Translations under genes and position numbers: made by a program
Notes under the pieces: model-generated
Told to the model about the DNA's origin: nothing
The model's database searches: none
Seen by the model: the letters and a program-made list of their open reading frames with translations, nothing else
In this document: piece by piece, positions 25,550-39,225 of the stretch
Numbering within the stretch: the first letter of the stretch is position 1
Layout of the letters: each line of letters starts with the position of its first letter
NCBI GenBank assembly: GCA_951406725.2
Contig: OX597824.1
Location: 54,374,001 to 54,438,000 of the forward strand
Length of the DNA: 64,000 nucleotides
Direction of reading: 5' to 3'
DNA from: Octopus vulgaris
Lineage: Eukaryota

Positions 25550-25897
25550 GAAGACACGTCAAGCCAAGTGAAATTGTAGTCATAGCCAGTGCTAATAACA
25601 TGTAAAAGACACTTGTACTGGTGACACATAAAAGGCACCTGTGCTGATGAAACATAAAAGGCATATACACTCCAATACACTCTTGGAGTGGTTGACATTA
25701 GGAAGGGCATCCAGCCATAAAAACCATGCCAAACCAAACAGCTCTCTGGCTTACCAGTTCCAGTCAAACTATCTAGCTCATGCCAGCATGGAAAATGAAT
25801 GATGTTGATGACGATGATGATGACGACAACAACGATGACGATGATGACAACGATGACGACGATGACAAAGACAACAATGACGACAATGACAACGATA
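25550..25897 (+). mobile_element. RTE LINE 3' UTR with expanded (GAT/GAC)n tail
   Basis: GAGTGGTTG..TTAGGAAGGGCATCCAGC..CATGCCAGCATGGAAAA tail motif shared with the other RTE copies. Confidence 0.8.
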
Positions 25898-26744
25898 GAT
25901 GGACCAAGTTTTCAAAAGTGAAGAGAACAATATCCTACACACACTCATACATACAAGTGTGTGCAAGGGAAGTTTGTGGAATAGCTAGTATATTCAGTTA
26001 CCACAAGGAGTAGAACATCTAACATGTTGGGCTTTGTTCTTAAACAGAGAGTGAAACTGTGTGAAAGAGCTGTTTAACTATCAAAGGGACATGTGGATAG
26101 TAACTAAAAGTTGGTATATACAGTGATCATTTTATGTCTGCTTTCCATGCTGCCATAGGTAGGACAATTCAACAGGATCCAGTAGGTTGGAAGACCATGT
26201 CTCATTCTCATGTATCAGTTTTCATGATTCCAATGAATGTCCTTCCTAAGGCCAGCCACCTTACAAACTATACTGCATGTATTTTTCATGGCACCAGCAC
26301 TAGAGATCACTTTATAACCTTACACGATTAAAGAACCCCCATGACTGAGAGGTAAAGCAAGAGAGAAAGCACCAACTTTGGGTGAGATGTTTAGAAGTTA
26401 CAATATGAAGGAAGGACAAAGTTTATTGTTGTGACAGGGTGTTAGTGGAGAAATTGACAAACAGCATTATTGAAAGGATTAATTCAAAGGTAAAAGAAAA
26501 AGTAGTGTCAATGGCTAATGTGAGAGAGTCAGAGGATGTTGCAAAAGTCAGTGGGTTGGGTGTGCAACACCATCTTACATATGGATGATGGAGGTAATTG
26601 GTATGATACTAGAAAGAGAGAGATGTTGATGAGGAGCCAAAATGTAGCTACAAGATAACGTGTCCAAGATGGTGTACAGAAGAGAGCTATATTGGCAGGA
26701 GGATCAGAAAGAGTAAGTAAAGGTTGAATGAGAGAGAGAGAGAG

Positions 26745-26787
<43 letters not shown>

Positions 26788-29019
26788 ACGTGCATGTGCA
26801 TATGTGTGTTTGTAAGGGGAGTAAACAATAGATAGAAATGAGTTGGATGTGACCAGAGATATATATAATGGGTGAATGAGTATGGAAAAGTGATCAATGA
26901 TAAAAATGATGGATGGATATCAGGAGGATATAGCTCAGAGGAGAGGCTGTGATGACTGGCAATATGATATTTAATAATGGCTTCTGCTTTATGTTAATAA
27001 AAAAGAAGACCAGGTTATTTTAGCTTTCAAGAACTTCTGAAGGATATTTGTAAATAATTGAAGAAGAGAAATATCCACGACTTTCAAAATCATTGTGCAG
27101 CCTGCAGTCCTGGTTATTCAGTCAGGTACCACCTTTTTATAAAATTTAGTATGAGGAAGAATGCAAACTGGTCAGACTAGATGATGGAAATAAATTACAT
27201 GAGGTGAATTATTAGAATGGAAGGAGGTTCAGATGAAAGGATCCTCCACAGTATTACTGGTTCTTATTGAAAATTTGTAATGAAAAACATAATCATTTGT
27301 AGCAGAGACCCAAAATGACTTACACACTTTACTGTTTCAATCTTCACTGCCTTGCTAATGCTTGTGAATGATATTTCATACTAATAATAAAGTGGTTAAT
27401 AAAATATTATTGTTATCAATAAGTTTAGTAGTATTTCCCTTAAAATGAAAATTAAGATAAAAATACAAGTGTTTACTCACCAATTAAAATATATCTGATG
27501 CTGTCCATCTTAACCTCTTATTATTTATTGTGCTTTCACTAACTTGTCAATATTGAAACTGCTGTCAAAACCTGATATATTTTAACACACACACACACAT
27601 TGACATACATATACACAGATACATTATACTATTTAGTAATTTTCATATCAACCAATGGATCTGTTTTATTTCTTTTGTTTGCGCTTTTATAACAATTAGT
27701 CACATTGGTGCCATTAGATTTGGGTTGGGTTTTTTTCTTTTTTTTTTTCTTTTCAACATCATTATCATCACAATTACTCTCAATAGAAGAGCACTCTCAG
27801 CAAACTAGCTTTTACAAACTACTAATGGATGTTTAAAATTATTTCATAAACTTCCTTTATTACAATGTGCTGTTCTTTGGAATTAATAAGCTACCTACCA
27901 TTTCCCTTGTAGATCACCCAATGCATCTCTCCTCCTCCATCTTCTCTTCCCCTTTCTGTTCCTCCCCCACCTCCTCTCTTTGTGTTTTAACTATTATTAC
28001 ACTTATTTTGCCCAAAGTTATTCAAACTAGATACATTTTCTGCAATAGCTTCTTCACATGGAAAAAATACAAAAATATTGGTATTAGAATTTTGACATAA
28101 ACAAATCTAAAAGCCAAGTCTTTAAGGATTAACAGTGCTAAAATAATGATGGATGTTAATACTAGCTTCAAAATATCTGACAATTAAAAACAAATTAATT
28201 AAAAGGAAAAGAGTAGCTCTTTGGGCCTATGTAGGCTCTACATTACATACTGATGTGACTGATTCAGCTGATGTTCACTTTCTGTAGGTTAATTTTGGAA
28301 GAAAAATTAAGGTGGAGAGGGATTCCAAATAACTGTTGCTCTGTGGAAGAAAGAGTGGAAAAATTGTTGAAAGCAGGATGAGAACAGAGATGAGAAACAG
28401 TAGGGAAATTTAGAGGAGAGAGAAATGGGTGGACCACAGTTGGAGAAGGTAGAGATTTGTTAGTTCAAGGGAGCAGCAGAAACAGTAAGAGTAAGAAGAA
28501 TCAGTGAGGGATAGTGGGTAACAGTATACTGTAGATTGTTTTTGGATGAATCTCTGTCAATGAACAAGATTTGAGTTGAATACTGATTCAACTGAATACT
28601 ATCTGGAAAGTTGCTGTTTGTTTTTGTTTTTGTTTTTGTATTTCACTACTATTGGTACAATGGAAGTAGGTTTGATGAGATGTTAGAATGTAGATGAATG
28701 TTTATGTACTGTGTGCAAGTAGTGAGATAGAAAGGTACTTTACTAGCTATGGACATAAGTTTAATTTCAGTTTGGTGGATTACAGATTAGATATAGAAGG
28801 TTAGAGTTACACATTTAGCAGAGAAGTTAATATGGGGAGTAATTAAAGCATACAAGGATAAGTTATAGAATAATTAAGCAAAAATGTGATCTTTTTTCTA
28901 TGTTCTACAAATAAGATTTACCACACAGGTAAAAGGACAGATGTTTGTGAAATTACTGGAAAACACTAAAATGAGTAGAGTGTGAGAATAGTAACTGTGC
29001 TCTTGATTGAAGAACAATT

Positions 29020-31230
29020 TATTTCTACTCTCTTATGCGTGAATGAGCCTTATCCATCCTCACCCTGGAGCAGAGGCTCATTCTGTTGTGCATGAATGAG
29101 TCACTGTCATTCTGTTATATGTCAATGATTCATCATAACTGTTTTATATGTGAATGAACTATCTCCATTCTGATATGTGAGAAGGACTCGTCTCCATTCT
29201 GTTTTACTTGAACGACTCATCTCCTTTCTCAAATATGCACATGAGCAATTTCCCTTTTGATATGTGTGACTGACACATTTCCATTTGGTTATATATGAAC
29301 ATCACCATTCTGTTAAATGTGAATGACCCATGTCCATTCTCTTTTGTGTGAATGACTGATCTCCATACACTTATGTTTAAACGACACTATCTTTTCTTTA
29401 TGTTAATGTAGCATCTCTTTCATTCTGTGTATGAATGCACCATCTCCATACATTTGGTTGCAAATGAACCATCTCTAGTTTCTATATGTGAATGACTAAC
29501 CTCCACTTTCTTATGTATGAAAGAACCCTGACAATTCTGTTATGAGTGAATAAGCCACTGTCATTCTGTTACGTGTGAATCATCCATCTCTGTTATGTGT
29601 GAATTACTTACACCAAACATGTCCATTGTGTTATATGTGAATGACCAAATCCATTATTGTATATGTGAATGAGTTACCTCAATTCTGTTATGGGTGAATA
29701 AGTTATTCCCATTTTGTTATGTGTGAATGTGAATATCTCTGTTCTGTTGTGTACAAAAAAAAATCTGCCGTTTCTTATAAGAAAGTGATTTACCTTCAAT
29801 CTCTTATCTGGAAAAGAGATGTCTCCATTCTATTATATTTCAATGAGCCATCATATTGTTAAGTGTAAACAAGTCATCTCCATTCTGCTATATGTGAATG
29901 ACTTCTCTCCATTTTGTTACATGTGAAACAGCCCTCTCCATTCTGTTATGTGTGCATTGGTTGGATCTTATGCATTTAATAGTAACTGTTATTTCACTGC
30001 ACAAGTAATATTGAAGTTGGTTGTGAATTATAAAGTTCCACAACAAGTCAACACAATTGAAGGAATAATTCAGTTGTATTCAAAAATTCTTGATTACAAA
30101 AGATCTGTACTGAAGTTTATCAAGACAAGAGAAAATATGCACAGTAGATTCATATTGACCAACTATAACAACATAACCAGAAAGTTGTGAAAATGATTAT
30201 TATAAACAGCAAGAGAGCATGTGGAGCTGGAATGCAGGTTACCACACACTTGGTAACTTGGCACTAAAAGCAAGCCTTTATATAACCCTTGTATTGTGAC
30301 ATCCAGAAGCATCTATAAAAACCTATCACATGAATTCTGGCTGCTGATTTGTAAAAAAAAATTTGACCTCTTATATGAACAAAGTTGTGCTGTGTATGAA
30401 TTAACATTTGTAATTTGATAACTCAGTTTCAAGTCTTGCTACATGTGAACGAGTCGTCTCCATTCTGTTATATTTGAATGGACTATCTCCATTGTTTATG
30501 TGTGAATGATTCATTTCCATTCCATTATGTGAGAACGAGCCATCTCCATTTATGTTATGTGTCCATGATTCATTCCCATTCTGCCATGTGTGGAATTATC
30601 TCAATTCTCTTATATGTAAATGATCCAGATGTATGTGCATGGACCATCTTCATTCAGATGTACATGAATGAGCTATCTTAATTTTCTTCTGTGTGAATGT
30701 GCCATCTCCATTCTGTTATGCGTAAATGAGCAATTTACATTCTGTTATGTGTGAATGATCCATCTCCATTCTGTTATGAGTGAAGGAGTCATCTCCAGTC
30801 TACATCTGGTCTGTTATATGTGGAAGAATCCTGTCCATTCTGTTATGTGTGAATGGTTCATTTCCATTCTGATATGTGTGAAAGACATATTTCTATTCTG
30901 TTACATGAGAATGTGCTATTTCCATTCTCTGATGAACAATATAGTTTCCGTTTTTTGTGAATGAGCTTTATTCATTCTGGTGTATGTGTATGAGCCATCT
31001 CCATTCTACTATTTACTATTAAGCCACTTTCAATCTATTATGTGTAAATGCTGTATTTCTATTCTGTTATCTGTGAATAACTCATTTACATTTGATTTCT
31101 GTGAATGATTTGTCTCCATTATATCATATTTAAAAAAGCCATCTCCAAGCAGTTATCTGTGAATGAAACAACATCATTCAATTATGAGCCATCTGCTTTT
31201 AGCATGTGTGTATGAATGATTTTCATTCTG
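29020..31230. repeat. Degenerate ~29-bp minisatellite, interrupted by an insertion at ~29960-30425
   Basis: Consensus approximately CCATCTCCATTCTGTTATGTGTGAATGAG, tens of copies. Confidence 0.85.
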
Positions 31231-31892
31231 AATAACTGAGATATAGTCACTATTTCCAGATACAAAGATGGTGAATTTTCCTGTGGATCTAACCAAGAAC
31301 ATAGTTTGCTGTTGCAGCAAGATCAATCTGAACAATCCTTTGTACTACATATTGAACAAGATATATAAAATAATAGGCCAATTTCTACCAGGGAACAGCT
31401 ACTACTCACCACAGATGATCCCAAAATGGTGAATTTGCAGGTGTTGCTGGACAACACCTGGCTTTTAAAGTTGAGACATTTTGGATCCAACTGTGTTTCT
31501 GAGTTGGGAAGTCTAATTCTAGCTCAAGTTCTTTGTGGATTCTGCAATAGCAAGAACAGCTGACATTGAAGGTTCAAAAAGTGAAGGTGCTGTGAATGTT
31601 TGTTATAAGCTAGTTGTCTCTGTTGTAACTATTATAACACTTCTCAATAGGTGCTACAATTTGGAAAGGATTCATTGGCCACTTACTGAAAACTGGGTAT
31701 ATTTTTTTTTCAATCTGTTGTAATTTCCATGAGACACCTGGTAACATCTATTATATTGACATTCACGAGGGTATGCAATCTGCACTGCATGCTTTGTACC
31801 AGATAACGAACTAGTGCTTGATTACAAATGATCCTTTCTCCATTGAGTAAATGAGGAAACTACATGGTCTGCTCCACTTCAATATTCATATC

Positions 31893-32283
31893 TAAGGAAG
31901 GAAGCACTCCGTCGGTTACGACGACGAGGGTTCCGGTTGATCCGAATCAATGGAACAGCCTGCTCGTGAAATTAACGTGTAAGTGGCTGAGCACTCCACA
32001 GACACGTGTACCCTTAATGTAGTTCTCGGGGATATTCAGCGTGACACAGAGAGTGACAAGGCCGGCCCTTTGAAATACAGGTACAACAGAAACAGGAAGT
32101 AAGAGTGAGAGAAAGTTGTGGTGAAAGAGTACAGCAGGGATCACCACCATCCCCTGCCGGAGCCTCGTGGAGCTTTAGGTGTTTTCGCTCAATAAACACT
32201 CACAACGCCCGGTCTGGGAATCGAAACCGCGATCCTATGACCGCGAGTCCGCTGCCCTAACCACTGGGCCATTGCGCCTCCAC
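31893..32283 (-). mobile_element. Full-length tRNA-derived SINE with TSD
   Basis: A box TGGCCCAGTGG, B box GGTTTCGATTCC, CpG-rich. TSD AATATTCATATC at 31881-31892 and 32284-32295. Confidence 0.93.
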
Positions 32284-33559
32284 AATATTCATATCAGCAT
32301 CTTAATAACACTATCTTCTTACTCAACTAAAACAAAAGCAAAAAAAAAAAATTAGATTAAAAAATTGTTCTTTCTTCAGTGTTTAAGGCAAATAATTTTC
32401 CTTTTTGCTTTTCTGTCTCTGCCACCCCTGTCCCCACCGTTCCTCTCTTATCCATTTTTTTATCCTACTTTTCTTACTTTCTCCAGACATTGTACTTGTC
32501 ATATAATTTCAGCCTATTACTGCCACAGTCTATCCAACAGGCTTCTTCATATTTTCCATCCAACAGGTTTCCACATAGTCTCTATCTACTCAATTTTACA
32601 TACAAGGCATGATTAAACAGAGTCAAGGTTCCATACAATGAGATTATGCTTGCAAAGGGAGCTTCTTAGCTTCTAAATTATGTCTGCATCTAAGAAAATA
32701 TACAAAATATAGCATCGGCATCAATAGCTCATTAACACTGAAGTGTAGAAAAATAGCAGCTATTATACTCCATGTAAAGTCCATTCTGGCGGAGGCCATT
32801 AGGCATTCAAGGACAGACTGAACAATGAAAGAAATGCTATGTTGCACTTTACAATAACAAACCATGCATATTAATGTGTGTATTACACTCAGAAGGTGTT
32901 GAAGAATTAACTGAAATTCAGTTGAAGAGGATTTGCAACACAGCACTTTTGGTAAGATAAGTGTAGTCTTATTCAAGGAATTAGCCACTCAGACAGACTT
33001 TTTAAAAGCTATTTGTATTTTTGCTGAACATTAAAATATCATTTTCCTATTGAATAGAAGAAAGTTTGACTTTTCTGTAAATAGCTCAGTGTGATTTAAA
33101 GGCGTTTCTGGTATTGTTACCCAACAACTCTATAGTGGATTCCAAGTTTAATGATAATCTCTTCTAATGTTATTCTTTAATTAGTGCAAGGCTAAAACTG
33201 TACAGGAGATGGTAACTGAAACAAGCCAGCTATTTCACTGGCATTCATTTTATTTACCCCACAACAACAAAAACTAAAATGGGGTCTAACAGAGATAAAC
33301 TCACAACTCAAAGAATCAAAACCAAATACTGCAAAGTGTTCTACATTTTTACAACACCACCACCTGTCCCAGTCACATGGTTTCAGGTTCAGTTCCACTG
33401 TTTGGGACCTTTGGCAAGTGTCTTCTACTATAGCCTCGGGTCGACCAAAGTCTTGTGAGTGGATATTGTACACAGAAACTGAAAGAAGCCTGTTGTATGT
33501 GTGTATGTATGTGCGTGCATGTGTGTGTATGTCTGTGTGTGTGTGTGTGTATATATTAT

Positions 33560-33921
33560 AAATATTGATAAAAATGGTAAGACAACAAAAGAATAAAAGA
33601 GACCTCAATATTATGTAAATAGAGGAATTTATCTGTAAATGTAATATGTGACAATTATTCAGTAGACATGATAAAACTCCAAGTTTTGGATGCCATGGTG
33701 GAAATCCACATCGCCATCTCTTCAGCTATCTGACCATCGGAAAAATGCTATGAAAATGAGATGGCGACGTAGATTTCAACCTTGGCATCTTAAACTCAGG
33801 GTATAAAGGTCATTTTCATAGCATTTTTCCAATGGCCAGATAACTGAAGAGATGGCAATGTGGATTTCCACCTCGGCATCCGAGTTTTATCATGGCTACC
33901 GAATAATTGTCACATATTACA
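33560..33921. mobile_element. PLE-type inverted-repeat element with three decayed type I hammerhead copies
   Basis: 33640-33758 is inverted at 33810-33921. Hammerhead at 33670-33730 (-), 33839-33891 (+), partial at 33758-33799. Confidence 0.7.
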
Positions 33922-34047
33922 CTAGCAGTATCGCCCGACATTGCTCGGGTTTGTAAGGGAAATAACTATATAAGCATTTTTAGAGAGTTACTTCCCTTAT
34001 ATAAACCAAGCAAAAAATGCATTAAAAATGCAAAAAAATGATGGCAA
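33922..34047 (-). mobile_element. Helitron-like non-autonomous element 3' end
   Basis: Reverse complement of 46660-46772: hairpin CCCGAGCAATGTCGGG followed by CTAG. Confidence 0.7.
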
Positions 34048-34301
34048 AACTGTGAGATTCACTTCAACATTTAAATTTAATTTACCAAAATATTTTCGGC
34101 GCTTTGAGACCGCGACTTTTTCACTGTCAAAATTCCATGCTGCACCCGTGTTGTTATCATATATTGATTATTCATTTTTATACTTTTGAGATCTAGTTAT
34201 ATGTTTTATAAAAATATTTTATTTGTTATTTACGTTTTGGTTTATGTCTATCACTGTTTGAGTTGCATAATAGTGGTTTTATCTCTAATTTATATTTTAT
34301 A

Positions 34302-34348
<47 letters not shown>

Positions 34349-35025
34349 GTGTGTATGTACCTTCGTGTCTGTGTTTGTCTCCCACCACAAATTGACAACT
34401 GGTGCTGGTATGTTTACATCCCCAAAAATGTAATGGGAATCAATATATTTGACTAAAAATTCTTCAAGGCAGTTTTAAATGACTGAAACAAGTAAAAAGT
34501 AAAAGATAAAAGATAACCATCAAGTTAATAGGAATGGTAAGGCTCCTTTATGGAAACAATTCTGATCTTTTCATTAACTCCAAAAGAACATAATTTATCC
34601 TTGCAATCAGAACCTTTTGTAAAATAAAGTTGCTGCTTTGGTAATTCTTGAAACCAGTAATAATCATTGAGCATAAACTACTTTGAATGATGTCAATCTG
34701 GGATGGTTAAGTCTACACTAGCCAGATCAAATGCTAGGCCTTCAATTTTGGACAACTTCCCATAGAAATTTTTCATGTATTATACATTTCTAGTTTCTTT
34801 TCAGAACAAGAAAAATCCTCAACCCTGAATAGCTGCTAACTCTATACAAAGTATAATTATACCTTTCATTAATTCTTAACGCACCTTGAACAGTTCTCTC
34901 TGCAGCAATTTTGCATACTGTATCCCACCCTTAAAAAAGAAACATTGTATCTGGTTAGTTTGTTTTCAGTCATCAACATTTAACAGCTGTGGACTCCCTT
35001 CATTCAGTTGTAATCCCCACAGACC

Positions 35026-35079
<54 letters not shown>

Positions 35080-35738
35080 CTTTTCCATCTTAAGAAGTTA
35101 TGAAAAAGAAAGAAGGAAGGAAAGAATTACATTTTCTAGTTGCTCACTATATATTACCTCTAAACTTAAACCTACACATCCTATTGTGTCTTTTCCAGTC
35201 CTTTTCCAGAATTGTATTCCTTCTCTGTGAGAGCATGTGGCTTAATGATGAGGGCATTCAGCTCATGATCATAACATCATGAGTTGAATTCCTGGATCAG
35301 GTAGTATGTTCTGTCCAGAGGCTAGTTCAATCTCACTTTCTCCAGCTGTCACATTCTGGATATTCCACTTAGTCAAAGGGTGAGAGAGTCTAGAGAGTGT
35401 TTATGCCTGCTTGTAACTACATCGACATCTAAAACAATTAGTGAAAGCACAGTGCTTGTTCCCAAGCTGTGGTGGTTGACTATACTAACTTCTTCTATGT
35501 TTTGCATCTAACCTTTAAGCTACAACACTTCAGCTTTGCTAACCTCCCCCATAATATCTCTATATTTTAATCTAGAACAGTTCTTAGAAGGCCAGGTACA
35601 TTAATTCCCTTTCTTACTGACTAAAAGTACTCAACTAAATGTTTAGTTCCGTGACATTTGTTTATGAAATTCATTGAAGACTTGACAATATGATTAGGAG
35701 TTAAGTTAGAAATATTAACAAATACAAGAATACTATAT

Positions 35739-36077
35739 GGAAGGACTTCCTTCGGTCATGAATGACCATGGGATTGCACTTAGAAAGTTCCTCTCTGAGG
35801 CACAAGTCCAGGCAAGGTTGTTTATGGAAGACCAGCGGTCACCCATGCATACCAGCTTCCCCTCTCCATGGCACTGATGTTATCCAAGGGAAAGGCAAAC
35901 GCCAATACATCTTGGCAATAGTGATATTGCAACTCATTTCTACAGCAGAGTGAACTGGAGCAACATGAAATAAAGTATCTTGCTCAAGAACACAACACAC
36001 TGACCATTCCAGGAACTGAATGCACTACCTTATGATTGTGAGCCCACTGTTCTAACCAGTGAGCCATGTGCCTTCAC
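35739..36077 (-). mobile_element. tRNA-derived SINE with TSD
   Basis: Head GTGAAGGCACATGGCTCACTGGTTAG; TSD AAGAATA(C/G)TATAT on both sides. Confidence 0.85.
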
Positions 36078-36527
36078 AAGAATAGTATATATTTACTTAT
36101 GGAAAGGAAGAATGATTACCTAATTATTCTTGGAAATGGTTTTATATAATTTACCAGTTTTAATTAGGTTGTATCAAATACAGTTCCTGGTTAGTCACTT
36201 AAATTTTTAACTATTAATAGTGACCAGGATATTAAATGGGAATAAAATCTTTCTTGATAACTGTACATTTGTAGTTAATTTAGATTGAAGATAATTACAA
36301 CTAATTCCACCAAAGTAGTTGCCAAGGAACATTATTATTGTATTCAAATAGTTTACTGACTGCTTTAGTCTAATCCTGTTCTGTGTATTTGTATTGTCAC
36401 TGTTAGCAGTTTTAAAACCTATTGTAAAATTGTTTTAAAACCTATTTTATTTGCATGGGTAAGTTAGACAGGTCAACAATAAAGCATCTCTCAGGACAGT
36501 TTTCCAAAGATATTTACAAGAAATAAA

Positions 36528-36932
36528 CCTATTTCCCTTCACAGCGGCATGCACATCTGCGATGTTGTTCTCAGTTCTGCTGGTTGCAGGTCACCCAGAA
36601 CATTCGTCGATATTGACATTTTTTTGAACATCTTAACTACTCATACACTTGTGCGCAGCTCATACACTCCTCTCCATACACTTTCTGCAACTTTGCATAT
36701 GCCTCTGAGCAGGTATCGCAACAATAACTTTGTCATGGTCACTGCGATGATCATACGCTACACACCTTCCTTCCAAACACTGCTGTAAACAGCAGAAGTG
36801 AGCTAGAATATTAAGACTTAGTGCGCATGTACAGCAGTGTTTAAAGTCAATGTTTACCCAGCAACCTTACTCTACGTGCTTTAACTTTGTTACTATGGCA
36901 ACAGTCCAGATACTTATTGATCAGACCTCGTA
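36528..36932 (-). mobile_element. Mariner 5' end with transposase N-terminal HTH remnant
   Basis: TA-CGAGGTCTGATCAATAAGTATCTGGACTG terminus; EAYAKLQKVYGEECMS..QVYE..PATSRTENNIADV. Confidence 0.85.
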
Positions 36933-37573
36933 TATTAGGAACCAACCCTAATTTAGAGGTATAGGGTTAGGATTAGAAAGAGATTCCATCTATAAGACAC
37001 TTGCTTTTAATTTACAGAAGATTTATGTGTGGATAGTACTCTAGTGCCAGAAGTTTACTCTCTGAAGCTATGACTCTAATCACAGTTGAAACCAATTCAA
37101 TTCATTTACATTCCTAATGTTATTCATTTTTCTACATCTACACATAGCACTGCCTGTTTGCTTCATATCCAACTAGTTAGACCTTTGACAATTTTGTAAT
37201 GATTACTTTGTAGTAACAAAACTGTTTCTCATCTTACCCTAAACAATTGGTGTGATTTACATTCTTGCAATAGAAACATTTTTCAGTTGAGAATGGAATA
37301 AACAGGACATGAAACATGAGGGATGGAGAGTTGCTGAAGAGGATATAGAATGTATGAGGATCGATTTCAGACAAATGACACTAAAATAAGAATAATGATA
37401 AAGTTGAAGTGAAGAACAAATATATAGTGTGTGTGTTTACTTGGCAAAAAAAGAAAAAAATGACCATTCCAAAATATAACAATATCTGTTTCAACACACA
37501 ATTTCATCTCAGGAATCTTTCGAAACAAATTCATTAATTTTAATTTCATGCAAAATAAAGTTAGTTTAAAATA

Positions 37574-38005
37574 CATCATCATCATCATCATCATTTAACG
37601 TCTGTTTTCCATGCTGGTATGGGTTGGACGGTTTCACAGGAGTTGGTTGGCCAGGGAGCTATCCAGTCTCCAATTGTTTGTTTTAGAATGGTTTCTACAG
37701 CTGGATTCCCTTCCTAATACCAACCACTTTACAGAGTGTGCTGGGTGCTTTTCATGTGCCACCAGCATGGGTGCATTTACACAGCACCAGCACAAGGGCA
37801 TCGTATATGGACTGGCATGAGTACATTTTGTGGCACTAGCACCTGCAAAGGACACGCCTGTAAGTATGGATGACTGCGTCTTCTAAAGTACAGCAAATCA
37901 CCACAACTCCCAGTCCTTTCTCATTTCCTCAGTGAGTCTCAGTGTCTGAAGATACTTTCTCACCACTTCATCCCATGTCTTCCTGGGTCTACTCCTGCCA
38001 CAGGT
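37574..38005 (-). mobile_element. RTE LINE 3' fragment with (ATG)n tail
   Basis: RPRKTWDEVV plus the shared 3' UTR. Confidence 0.85.
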
Positions 38006-38039
38006 ACAACCCCTTCCACATGTATAAAAAAATTAACTG

Positions 38040-39225
38040 TATGCTTAATGAGTCAATCTTCCTTTGTGAAATCAAATTGTCTTTCTTGTAGTGCATTTGG
38101 TGAAACCAGTTCTTCAAAAATGTTGATCGTTAAAGCCAAGTCTCTGTTTCTGTTGTAATCCTTAAAGTCAAATTGTTTTCTTTTCTTAGCAAGTAGCAAT
38201 TTGTCGAAGACTGATTTTACTTTCCTTGCAAACATCAGCTCTGCTGGTGACATACCTTCTGGTGTATTTGGATTTGGTGTTACATGGTATACTCTTAAGA
38301 ATTGTTGTTGAGCTACCTCATCTATGACTTCCTTAGGGCTCTCTTGAACATATCATCAAAGTATTCTGCTTATCTGTTAGATTTGGGATGGCATAGCACT
38401 GTAGTTACATGTTCTACAGTGAACATTTTACAGGCACAAATTGTGTTTCATTGTTAGACACAATTGCAACTAGGATGCCAAATCTCACAAACAGCACATG
38501 TAAAAAATTTGACAACAGTTGAGGAGGTTGATCTTTCACATTTACAAATTTCTGGCCATTTAGAGAAACTATCAACTACCACTAAGTAGTATGACCCATT
38601 TAAAGGACTAGCGAAATTGATGTGTAGTATCAACCATGGAACATCTAATTTTGGCCAAGGCTCACTTTCTGTCGTGGGTAATCTTGCTGCTAGAGCAAAT
38701 CCTCTACAGCCTTTCACTAAATTTTTGATCTCTCTTTCCATTTTTGGCCTGTACACGTAACTATGCATTAAAGCTTTCATCCTCGAAATACCAGTTATTC
38801 CTTTTTTAGAACCGTATATTGACAGTAGTGGGCAATGATCCATTTGTAAACAGAAACTTCTTCCATGAATAAATCTATGGAAATTCCTCACACCAAATAC
38901 ACTTCCTTTTCTATCTGACTGTAGTTTCTTCCAGCTAGTAATAATGATCAAGACACATGGGCTATAGCCTTTTTACTCCCATCATCATATTTGTGCTGAA
39001 GCATGGCTCCTACACTGTAATCACTCACATCTGTAGCCAATATAATATCCAACTTTGGATCAAGATGTGTTAATGATAAGTCCGATGTTAAAATGCTTTT
39101 TAATTTGTCAAATGCCTTCTGGCACTTATCAGTCCAACACCATTTTGTATTTTTCTTTAACAGATCATTTAGTGGGGCCCTTACATTATGTATATTGGGA
39201 ATGTAAATCTACTGTAATAATACTC
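38040..39225 (-). pseudogene. Second Gypsy-type pol remnant (RT/RNase H/integrase)
   Basis: FHRFIHGRSFCLQMDHCPLLSIYG, GISRMKAL, HINFASPLNGSYYLVVVDSFSKWPE, SPAELMFARK. Confidence 0.88.

Larger units (their letters stand above)
33360..34515 (+). mobile_element. tRNA-SINE split by nested insertions (head 33360-33510, tail 34350-34515)
   Basis: Head GGTTCAGTTCCACTG..GGCAAGTGTCTTCTACTATAGCCTCGGG; tail TTCAAGGC..AATGACTGAAACAAGTAAAA. Confidence 0.7.

Noticed and set aside
25780-26013. Asp-rich ORF
   Set aside because: Expanded (GAT/GAC)n tail of an RTE LINE.
27320-27575. Two minus-strand donor-like sites (GTGAGT, GTAAGT) suggesting small exons
   Set aside because: Joining them gives stops or an inconsistent phase in all frames, and the acceptors are weak.
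29020-31230. Minisatellite as a CRISPR array or C2H2 zinc-finger array
   Set aside because: No unique spacers, eukaryotic context, and the unit is ~29 bp rather than 84 bp with no C2H2 reading frame.
32200-32283. tRNA gene
   Set aside because: It is the tRNA-derived head of a SINE with body, tail and TSD.
31250-33200. Possible coding or old LINE sequence (also 1-390, 4610-5030, 28190-28850, 59790-60300)
   Set aside because: Too degraded to assign; no confident motif.
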